From positions 1 to 64,000 of the forward strand of contig DF237372.1 of assembly GCA_000708835.1 (NCBI GenBank): DNA of 64,000 nt, given 5' to 3'. The notes under the pieces were generated by a model. It saw nothing but the letters and a program-made list of their open reading frames with translations. It had not been told where the DNA came from and made no database searches. Position 1 is the stretch's first letter, and every line of letters begins with the position of its first letter. The translations under genes were made by a program, and so were the position numbers. The stretch is from Klebsormidium nitens. Lineage: Eukaryota > Plantae > Klebsormidiophyceae. Positions 22,401 through 33,200 of this stretch are shown here, in pieces.

Positions 22401-25400
22401 GTTGTTGGCGCGCCTCTCAATCAGATCGCGCACGAGGAAGCGGATGCGCGTCTGCAGCTTGCGATTCGTCTGGAGCGTCTTGAGGGACTCGAAGTACTCC
22501 CCAACAAACTTCTTACTGTTGGGCTTCATCTCCAGCTGCTTGCCGACCTGAGTGAGTAGGATAAAATGCAATGAGAAGGACTTCTGAGTTTGACAAATGC
22601 AACTTGGCAAATGCGTTCCTTCCTATCCTACTGCCAGACGGCTTCGCTGAGTTCCGTTCCAGTCCTAGCTGCTTTACAACCTGAAGACAGTGGACATCAT
22701 ATTGTCTGAACAAGAACTGCAAGTGGTGCAACAAACGACGCGTTAAGTGCAGAGCTCATGCTAGGTGTGAGGAGTCAATTGGTGAGTCATAGGGGTCGAA
22801 TAACATTCCCAACAAATTATAACTAACACCTAAGTCGAGTCAAGTAGACACGATGATCCCCCGGAAGCAGGGCCCAGAATCCGACAAGAAATGGAAACCA
22901 ACAAGACGGGTACGGGAACAACTTTGTACAAGTATGTGCAGAGACGACTTCAGTTTCCAAGCCGTGCTAAAAAACATGCAAGACCAACTTTCCCAACACG
23001 GAGGCATGCCACTTCCAAATAGGCAGGGAAGAGAAGCCGGAAAGATGAAACATGTTGTCTACCGCCAAACAAACAGAGCATAAAGGCTTTTAAAGAGGAA
23101 AAAAGGTGTTCCTCCGTATGCAGAGAAGAGAAGCCAGAAAGATAGAAAGACGTGTCTATTGCCCAACAAAAGGAGCAAAACAAATTGAAAAAAGAGAAAA
23201 AGACGTTCCTCCAAAACAGCAGAGACGAAAGCCGGAAAGAGAGAAAGGTACATCAACAATCCTTTACCGTGGTGAGGAGATGCACGAGCGCCTCGGTATT
23301 CTCCTCAACGGGCTCAGCCTTGGGGTCGCCCAGCAGCTGTTGCAGGCACGCATGGACGATCTTCTCAGGAATCATCTTCTGCTTGTACAGCTCTCCAATG
23401 AGCTTGATGTTGCCCATTGTGCGCCGCTTCACCGTCAGCTCTTTATCTGCGCGCTCGGCAGCCTCCTCCGTTTTCTGCAGACAACAAAGCGAGAACTCTT
23501 TTATTGTCCACCCAGTAGGATTTGACTTTGACTAACACAACTTTAGTCAAAGTTGCCAATCAGTCAATTCGTTGCGGCTTGACCTTCTGCTCCGTGTCTG
23601 CCGCCTCTTCTCCCCCCTTCAGAAACATACTGGCAACGGTTTTGAATTCAGAGTAATGGACTTGCTTGTACAGCTCTGACGGCAGCCTCTAAGCTGCCCA
23701 TCGTGCGCCCTTTCACCGTCTGCTCCTCGTCTGGGCGCTCTGCGCCCTTCCGAGTTCTCCCCGAATGGAGGGGTACTGAGATTAGTCGCACCATCTTCAT
23801 CAATCTTCCTCATCCTGAAAGCCCCCTCAACTCCTCTCTCAAAAGTGTTTGGGCATCAGAAACCAGCATCCTGAAGCGTAAACATCATTTAGCACACCCT
23901 GTATCCTGAGGAAAAGCCCGTTACCGTCATCCTCTTGACTTCATCCCGGAGGCTCTCCGCTGCCTCAAACTCTTCCTGGCACGTGTTGAGCATGACGCGC
24001 CGGAAGGTGACGGGCTTGTCCTCTCCCTCGTTGAACTCGGGGAGCGCCTTGGACAGCTTCACGCACAGCTCCGCATACAGGGGACAGAACGTCGGCTCGA
24101 GCACAGCCTTGTCGAAGATCTGCAAACAATTGATAAACAACCATCAGGAGCTGCCACGTGGCAAAATTGAGAGGTTCAGGCGCGAAGAGATTCTCATACA
24201 CAGGACAGAAACGTCGGTTTCGAGTATTATTTTCGTGAAGATCTCCAAGTGCTAGAAGCACACATGACATACCATTATCGGCATAGGGTCAATGCAACAA
24301 AAGCACCACAATCTGCCTTCCCAAAGAGCGCAAGAAGCCAATCGAACCTGAGACAACCCCAACCCAAACCATTGTGGCATGTTTAAGCACACTCGTGGCG
24401 GCCTGAGATTGGTTCTATGAGATTCATTGGCTGTTCACACCATATATTATCTGATAGACACCGGAGTCAAGAAGGCAGTGACCAAGAAGGCTAAAACCGG
24501 ACTAATCTCCTAAAAACCCCATAAAAGGCGTAGTGCCAAACGATCCAGATGACGCAGACTCCACCAATCATCCTTACCAGGCTGATGACGCCTCGGAGCA
24601 TGTCAGCGTTGCTGATCCCCGCGCTCACAATCTGGTTGAACAGCTTCTCGTAATTGTCGGGCGTCAGCTTGTTGAGCACACCCTTGACTGTCTTATACAG
24701 CTTCTCGCTGGGGTCCTGCACGCCACCCGCCTTCCAGGGGTTCGCCGTCTTGACGATTCCGGGGGCGGGGCCGGCCGCCTGCAAAGGTCGTTAGGATCAA
24801 TTTGATCAGTTCTGCTTTCAAAACTAATTCCAAGTTCTTTGGTGCAGTTTGAACACTTTTTGAGGTGTGCGTAGTTGCATCATACCAAGATGCAACCCTG
24901 CTGCAGTTGCTGGGCCCGCAGATCGGGGGTTTGCTGGCTTTGACAATCACGCGGGAAAGGCCGATCAGCTGAATGGGAAAAAAGTGTCCCATATCATAAG
25001 GCTAAATTAGCTACCATGACCACCTTCAAGGGTCTCAACGACGAGGTAAAGTGAGGGCATACCATCAGAAAATCTGTATGAAACTTTGCCAACCTCCTGA
25101 CATGTTACTGAACCCCTCATCAACCAAGAACTTTCTGTCAAGATTCAGCACATCAGGAAAACGCAGTACCAAAGGAGTGCTTCCTGAGTATGACGGCTGC
25201 AGAATTAGCGGGCCAGTTTTAGACAACCAGATCCGCTGCTCACCTGTGGCTACGCTCAGAGTACCGTAACAACAAGTGCTTCCTTAAACAACGACGAACT
25301 TAGCAAGCCAGGTATAGATGAACCCCATATCCAGTGCTCACCTGAGGCTGCGGCCTTGGCGCCTCAATCGGCTGCCTCGTCTCAACTCGCCCCTCGCCAT

Positions 25401-28400
25401 TTGCACCTTTTCCACCCTTTCCGCCCTGCTTCGGCCCCCGCTTATCCTGGGGGGTGGCCGGCCTGGGGGCAACTCCGTTTTGCTCCGCCTGCTCCGGGGG
25501 CGGGGGGGGAAGTGGAGTTCTAGCCTTCCAGTCCCTGTCATCGGCCTGCGAGGGAAGCTTAAAAGGTTTAGGGAATAACAATGCAAAGAAGGTGATGTGG
25601 GGCAATCTAAACTCCAAGTAGAAAACCCACGTAAAACCCCCAAGGATTTGAAAGTGAGCCGATAGCTTGTCTGAGAAAATGTTCGCAGGGCAAAAAAATC
25701 TGTCCATCAAGCAAGCCCAAAAATAAAGCTGCAAACCTTTGACCGATTGATGGAGAGATGACCACATTCACCATGGACCAACGAGCAGATGATAGTAATC
25801 ATCACTGAAAAAACAGACTTCCAAGAATTCATCCACGGATACATCCATGGATGTCCAAGGACTGATCCACGGGTTAATTGACAGCCAGAAGTGGAAATGG
25901 ATCTCACCACAGGGGCTGTGGGGGGAGCGGGTCCGAGGTCTCGTCGGGTGTTCCAGTTGCCATCTGCCTGGGATTGTCCATCAGCCCTCAGCAGCGCAAG
26001 GCCGGCTGAGAGCAGCTCCTTGGGGATCCCTTTGGAAACCTGCACCAGTTCAAAAACGGGTTAACTTTGTTCACAAGGATCACGAGCTGAGGGCTTGCTT
26101 GTTCCAGGAGGAACGAGTTGGGACGCATAGGAAACCTTTTGTGAGACTTTTCCAAGTGGCCTCCAACAAGCAGCTTTCCGGGACTAGCACTGAAAGGTCT
26201 GAAGAAAGGAGGAACGGTTTGAAAAGGTGAATGGATGATTTCCAACACTCTCAGCAAACATGTATGTTTTGAGGAGAGCAGCAGTTGCCTGAACTGGGGG
26301 GTCCAAAGAACTAGGCTAAGTTGGGTGTGGTCGTTCATGCTACTCTTTTGTTGGGTCTACCTGTCAAGGTGCGTCCATCGAACATGGCCCTTCTTTCTGA
26401 TCTGCGCCCAGAAGAAACCGAAGAAAACCTCTTTCATAGAGGATGATCGAGTGTTGCCCTCGTGAGAGGCAATCAAAGAACGGAAAACAGGAAATGAAGC
26501 TCACCTCTTTCAGCTTCAGCAGCTCAGACTGATTGTACCGGTGCCTGTCAGTGCTGCCAGGGGCCCTCTGCTCTGCTGGAGACGGGCCGAGGTCATCAAC
26601 CTGAGAAACGCAGAAGAACAGTCTGATCAGAGTGGTTTCTTTCAGACTTGATTTCCAAGCCTCTTGCTTCTTTATTCCTGAACCCGCCTTTCTAGAGAAA
26701 AACGGAAACCCTTTGCTCAGACAATAAGCAAGCTCGTTTCAAATTTTAGGAGGCAAGTGACAGAGTCTGGCTGCTTCAGAGCACAGAACATCTGTTCTAA
26801 AAGCCGCTTCCCCTTTCAAGATTAACTAAACCGTCGGGGGTGGGAGAACACAGAAGACCGCTCAGCTCACAGAGCTTTTCAGAAGCACGAGACATTTCTT
26901 GATCCACCACTGAGTCAAGGCCTCTTCTAAAAAGGAAAGGACCATCGCAGCAATGTGTATACCAGAAGGAAGATTGCAGATGTTGCTAGTAGTTGCAGCA
27001 TCAACAACAAAACTCGTCGACAAGACTGCCCAATACACCATGCTAGACAGACTGCGAACATGGATAGCCGCTCAAAAGTTTCTACATCATATGAGGGCAA
27101 GTCGACGTGGCTTTCCACCACAAGATGCGCGAAAGGAAGTCAACAAAGCTCAAATCACATATGATAAAGAGTCCTTTTCAAAGTGCCCCCTTCTTCTTGC
27201 TTTCTAATGAGAAACAAGGACGATCAAGGGGACTCCTAAGGACCCTTGCCAAGAGAACAAGACTACATGCCTCATGCCAAGTTGGTGGTCTGCCAAGCTA
27301 CGAGCGCTATGTCTGGGTGGTGCAACTATAGCTTCGAGCACCGCACTTCCCTGGTTTTAGATTAGAGGATCCGCTGGAGACCAAAGGAACAAGTGCGACG
27401 CTGATCAATGCAGTCAGCATGTCTTCTCGTCTGAAGATTAAGAAATATTCAATCTCGTAGAACACATGCCTCTCGACTGTAGTGGCAATATTTGCACTCA
27501 TGAGATCACATGACACCTTGCCACAAGAGACAATCTTTTCGGCACAACTTGTAGCCACAGCACATCAAGCGCCCCAAACCATGTTCCGGGGTTCTTCCAA
27601 TGAGAGCTTTTGAGGGACCCCCGAAAGCATAATTCAAAGGGACCAGTGCAAAGGTTCGTCCAAAACAGGCGGGGAACCAACGGAACCCAACACCGAGATC
27701 CAAAACGAGAAAGGTCCGTGCTGCTGCTGTCAGGAAAAAATTAGAGTGTATGTTGTTTAATCGCTCACAGAGGATCGCGACAAAGATTTCCTCATCATTC
27801 AGCAGCAGCTACCTTGACATGTTTCCTTTAAAGAGAGTGACCGCCAAAGCGAAATGCGTGGTTTGCTCTATCTTGTCCAATGCTGCCAGAGAAGCATCAA
27901 TTCGATGCTGCCGAGCGAGATATATGAGAACAAAGACAACGCAGTGTGGCGCCTCTGTATTCACCTCCGAACCCCTCTTGCCACGTTCATTAATTCTCAG
28001 CCTCCCTCCATTGACATCAACAACATGAAACCCTAGGGTTTACAGCGCAATCCACATGCCTCAGGCTTTTGTAACCTTTACCAACAGAATGTCGGAGACG
28101 CAAGTATGAAATGCAGAGAGGGCTTTTTCAGAATGGACACAACCACGCATGCAAAACCCTTTCCACATTAGAATGTCAGCAACGAATCCTCATTAATCGC
28201 GCTTGCTATTGCACGTCGTTAACAAGGATCACTATCTCAAGGTACCACTTTGCCAATATGGTTACCGCCAGGCTTCAAAACATATGCCTATGTAAGGCAC
28301 CCAGCTTGAAAAGAAACAACCATTACCAACTCAAAAGAGAAACCATCCGTACAGTGACTCAGAGTTATCCTCATCTGGGCCTGGCACCGCACTCGAAACA

Positions 28401-28680
28401 AATGTGTTACCTGTTGCGCCTTGCTTGGTGCTGCCTGTCGCACGGCCCCCGCACTAAGACTGGGGCCTCCAGGTCTCAGAGAGACCCCTCCCCACGGGCG
28501 TAATGACACTCCCCCTCCTGGGCGCAGTGAAACGGACGAGCCCCCACCTGGCCTCAAACTCACATTGCTCGCACCATGGTTAACGCTCTGGTTAGCCTCG
28601 GGGTTGCCTGGCGCATCTCCGCTTGAAGTAGCCGGGTTTGCCTCGGAATGGTTATCCACGGGAGTGCTCTTGTCCATCAT
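16496..28680 (-). CDS. eIFiso4G: Eukaryotic translation initiation factor eIF(iso)4G, about 829 aa; exons 28680-28411, 26600-26505, 26039-25908, 25545-25342, 24778-24578, 24119-23925, 23474-23268, 22547-22307, 21635-21407, 20831-20628, 18792-18607, 17795-17591, 16917-16819, 16516-16496
   Basis: N-terminal VSLRPGG motifs. eIF4E-binding YxxxxLL (YNQSELL). MIF4G domain (KGVLNKLTPDNYEKL; IFDKAVLEPTFCPLYAELC; RRTMGNIKLIGELYKQKMI; RIRFLVRDLIERRANNWVPRRE). MA3 domain (FLKEYLS..DIKEAALCVTEL; LDDLAIDLPKAP). All 13 introns are GT-AG with matching phases. The true start may be further upstream, because the frame stays open to an acceptor near 28757. Confidence 0.95.
17190..19170 (-). repeat. Intronic arrays of degenerate exon-edge copies ('exon echoes') around eIFiso4G exons 18792-18607 and 17795-17591
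   Basis: Plus-strand gccatgaagctg recurs near 17788 (exon), 17963, 18145 and 18308. ttgatatcag recurs at 18781 (exon), 18931 and 19091. ccttgtc donor-end copies at about 17590, 17405 and 17195. ctcaccccgcct at 18602 and 18449. Confidence 0.9.
21640..22110 (-). repeat. Three degenerate copies of the 5' end of eIFiso4G exon 21635-21407 in the upstream intron
   Basis: Minus-strand ttttcccag|acggttagctcttccctgaagg at 21980 versus ttttccag|acggtcccctcttccccgagg at 21635. A second copy near 21811 translates EEGWEVFELSGQSAP versus EDGWEVVGLSGKRAP. A weaker third copy lies near 22060-22110. Confidence 0.85.
23020..23250. repeat. Purine-rich degenerate tandem repeat (about 100-110 bp, about 2 copies) in an eIFiso4G intron
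   Basis: gagaagccggaaagatgaaacatgttgtctaccgccaaac / gagaagccagaaagatagaaagacgtgtctattgcccaac / gaaagccggaaagagagaaagg recur. Confidence 0.65.
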
Positions 28681-30239
28681 ATGGATCTCAGCGCTAGGGG
28701 CGACTTTGACCGCGGGAAACCCTCTCTTCTCCTTCTGCTGCGCTTTTTCTTGACCCTGTGATCCAATGCAAAGTAAGAAACTTTGTTTTAGTCAAATAGA
28801 TCAGCTAGCGGCTTTGCTGCAAATCTATTGCCGGCGCTGAACTCAGTAGCCAAGGCAGGGAGGGAAGGGACAACGTGTCAGTGCAGAGCTGTCGTCCTGG
28901 TGCTGAACGAACCTAACAGCGTCCCAATGCTGGCGGCGACGCCATTGTTGAGGCGTTGAAGAAGGAAAAATTGTGCTGGGTGCCAGCATGAACCGTGAAT
29001 GTTGTTGACATCATGATCAAGTGGACAAGAGCTGGACAAGAGCTGGGTCAAATTTAGGGTTTGGGTCCTAGGGTTTTGCTGCTTTCCAGCCCCGACCACC
29101 CGAACCCGAAATTTCGGTATCCCGGGCTCAATGGCGCTTCCCAGGTTTGAATACATCAGGTCTGATATGCGACCGGTCGTTGGCCCAAGAACCCGGGAGC
29201 AATCTCCGACCATCATCATGCGCGCGCTCGAGAAACACTCCGAGACGAAGCTTTGAAGGAGAGGGCCGTTGAAATTTGTGAAACGAAGTGGACGGCTGCG
29301 CTACAGCTAGAGCCGCCCTCGCACGTCAAGGCATGCATGCGAAGATTGCCTTCTTTCCCGATCAAACTTCTCCTGGATTTCTCTTATGAAGAGAGGAAAC
29401 TTGTGCGAGAGTTTTGGTCACATGAGCGGGGTAGAGCGCGTCTAAAGCGCCCGTGCAATTGCTGCACCAATTCCCTTGGGCCTTGGCGGCTTGCTCTTGA
29501 GATTCGATCAAGTTCCTGGAGGCTGAAGCTGTAGGCTGTACGGTAGCAGGCAGGTTTGTCTGGCCAGGGGTTTGCCGCCAAAGCGCAGTTATTCGGGAAT
29601 TAGGTTGAAGTAGGCGCTTCCCTCACACCAATGTCTAGTGAAAAGAGTTTGCTTGCAAGGCCGTCACAGGCACAGCCTGTCGAAAAAAGGAACATCTGAT
29701 GCTGCCTAACTTGAGCAGAAGGCAATGGAGGGCCCTTGGGGCCTGCAGTCCGTCACTTCAGGCTGAAACAGGGGCGTATAAGTCTGAGGGTTGCATGGGG
29801 AACATCAGAGTGACCATGCCAAATTGAGAAAGTACGTACCCGACCATCATGAAAAGACTCCAGAAGAACGAAAGTCGGTCAAGCAGACTTTGCACATAGC
29901 ACGGTAATCTGAGAGGATCCACTGCAGGTGGAACACATTTGACACCATCGCATGCAGCCTGACCTTTATGGTTGGCCACATTTTCTTAGAGTACGTTCAA
30001 GCCTAGGCAGTAGCAGCTTAGCAATTTGTCTCAATCAATGAAGGCAGTGATTAATGGGGGCAGCTTGGAGCTTAGCTGACAAAGTCTAGCTCAATTCGCA
30101 CAACCATCAGTGGAAGCACCCTTGCCAGGCCTGGGCCATTTAGGAAGTTCCTCCTCCTGGGGAAAATTTGCTTGGGATTGCTCATCATTAGCATCAAGGT
30201 CCGCAAACAGGCGTGCTCTGGAGGGCCAACTATGAAACA

Positions 30240-33200
30240 ATGTGAGTACCTGGATCAGAACATAAGCAGCACAAAAAGATATACCGTCATACTCTGAGGC
30301 CGCGCGTAGTTATCCTACTTGAAATAGGATTTAACAAACACTTTAGGAATGCAGGAGGAAGCCGTCCTTGAGATGAACGTTTACACAAGAGCTTTAACCA
30401 TTCCGATATGAATCGAGCTAGTACATCCAGTGCAAGAATCAAAATCGGCAACAGATTCTGGCCACAGATTTACAAACAGAACGACTTTGCCACCCATACT
30501 GAATGGAATGTCCAGTGGTTATGTCCCTGCACAAGGAGCTCTGGTAAACAATGGTTAATCCATATGAAGTTTGGTGAAGAGAAATCTAACGTAGAGGAAG
30601 AAACAAAATAAGGCATGTACATTACGTGTACACACCACTGTGGGCACGTGATCAGGGCGAGCTCTCTTTGATGCAGCAGCAGCTTATTACCCGCTCGTAA
30701 CATCGTTCTCGACCAAGACTTTCAAACACTAAGCAACTTGAATAGCAGCGCAGAGTAGTCAACAAGATAGAATATCAAAAGGAGGGGGACTGAAATACCA
30801 AAAAACTCAACGATGTTCTCACAGGGACCCCGCATCCGCGCCACTGACGCCCCACTCCCTGCCTCCCTCGGGGCCTGGGAAAAGCACTGTCCGCAGCAGT
30901 CGTTCGCGGAAGAGAGGTCCCGAGATGACAATGTATGCCACGTCACCCCCCGGGGCGTCCCACCGGTCGATGGGGATCATGCAGGTAACGACTTGCTGTT
31001 TTGTATGAAACAACTCCTGCCAGCCTTGAGAGAAAAGTTTGAAGAACCACCGATCAATGGAGATCAGGCAGGTCACATCGGGCCAGTCTGTTTGTTGAGA
31101 AGCAATCTTTGTTTTGGGAGCAAAAGTTTGGAGTCTTAAACAGAGATGGACGTGCCACCGGTCAACGGGGATCCTGCAGGTTACGACCTACCCACACATA
31201 GGTTTGAGAGGTTTCAAGGGGATCCGAGACGTTATTTGCGACGAGTTCGCCAGGCTTGAAGAGACTGTGAATAAGTCAAAGGAGATGGGGAGACGTTGTT
31301 CTCCGCTGATCTCCTCAGATTCCTTCGACATGTTTTGAAATCATCATGTTGCTTGACTACAAACGGACTGCCAGATTGTGAAAGAGCTGCACAAAATTTG
31401 TGCAACATTCTCAATCTCGTGAAAATCAAGTAGACCGTGTGCTGATATGTACAAGCACGAACGGTCTCTTGCAGGAGCTACAGAAATACATCGCGCATGT
31501 GGAGAGCCTTGCGGCGCACCGCAAAATGGAAATCGAGAAGCTCAACGAGGAGAAGCGGGACCTGGAAAAGGTGGAAGAGTGATCTCGTTTCAGTTTCTGC
31601 TTCTGGAGTCGTTGAATTGGGGGGGTAGTTTCGAGGTTTGGTAAGAAATTGCTTATGAAGCTGGATCGAAGACAAACATCCGCAGGACCTGGAAAAGACA
31701 AGGGGAATGTACCCGTCCTGGTTTTTGAGTTTTATTTCTGAAGTCGTTGGTTTCGTATGGTGCCTTTGAGGCTCAGCAGAAAATGGATGTGTAAATAGGA
31801 CAAAGCAAAACATGATAAAGATGTCTTCTGCTGCCACCTCAAACGTTGCTATTTATCATGTCTTCTGCTGCCACCTCAAACGCTGCTGTAGGTAAGAAGC
31901 GCCAGTGTGCTCCTTCTTGGAATCAGAAAGTGTCAAAACTTGCCGGCAGCTCTGCAACTCCCTCTTTTCGTGCTTCTTTTATTCGTGTCTCTCGATCCCT
32001 CGGCATCCCTGGAACGTTACGCTGACATTACTCGGAAACAGCAAGGCGCGGTCCCGCTCTACCCGGCATCTTTTTCTCATTTCACCGTGCGTCCAAGCTG
32101 GCTGCATGATGACAGGCACCACAACCCACCTCCTAAACTACATTTCTGCGGCTGATCCCGCTTCTTACTGCCTGGGGCGGCTCTACGGTCGTGACAATCC
32201 AATCAAGTCACGCCTTGGAACCAATTTCCAACCCCCCCAGTGTGTTGCTAACCCGTCCTTTAACCCATCCTCGCAGCTGATGCGCCTGCCGACTGACCGT
32301 CCGGCTCTGCTTAAGGCACCAGCTATCGGTGACATCAGAGGGGACGAGCCGTCACAAGTCAAGTTCCTGCTGGAGGACATCCGGGTGCTCAAGGTTGGTC
32401 ACCAATCCGATGACTTCGCTAAACCGAGTTTCCTCGACATGACCTCGAACACAGAGTCTCTTTCTCTTTGGTGAGTTATCAGGGAACGTTTCGCGGAGGG
32501 CGTGCAGGAATGCAAGACAAACTTTGTCCCGTTAACCCGTTCCCTCTTCTTTGTTGTGTGTTCTTTGCTCTTTGACGACACGGTAAGCAGGTTGAGATTT
32601 GCTGCTGCACAGCTTGTAGTGCTTAAAACAGAAACAGGACGAAAATAGCCCCGGCATGGAATCTCTTTCTAAACTGCCAACCTTTCGAACGAAACCAATC
32701 ATTCTAAGCTACGGGAGCGGTCGACGAAACACTTCTGATAGAAGTCAGTTGTCCCACAAGTGCTCAACTGGATCACATGATCGAATTTGGCGCTTATTGA
32801 ACACTTCGGTCGATTATCGGTTACGTCTTGCACCTAAACTCAGCGCTTCAATGTGAAGACTCTCGGCACTTGTAACCAGTGGAATCGTCGCAACAGGCAC
32901 ATTATATCAGCGGACGAAGTAAAGGCTCAGTCGGGTGCGCTGAAAGCTGTTCCCGCCGTCGTGCGGAAGGTAGCAATTCGAAATACTTCACGTAACAACC
33001 AGAAAAGGTCCACCAGAAACGGTGCTTCCTCTCCAACTGCTTCCATCAATCGGGCCCCCTTTCCGTTTCGCTTCTAGGACAAAGGGCGGAAGTAAAAGGA
33101 ACAGTTGCAAAAGAGCGGCCTGCCAACAATCCGCAGAAGCAGAGTCGCAAAGTAACGTTCCAGGACCAATTTGCGACATTTGGGGCTACTACAAGTCCCT

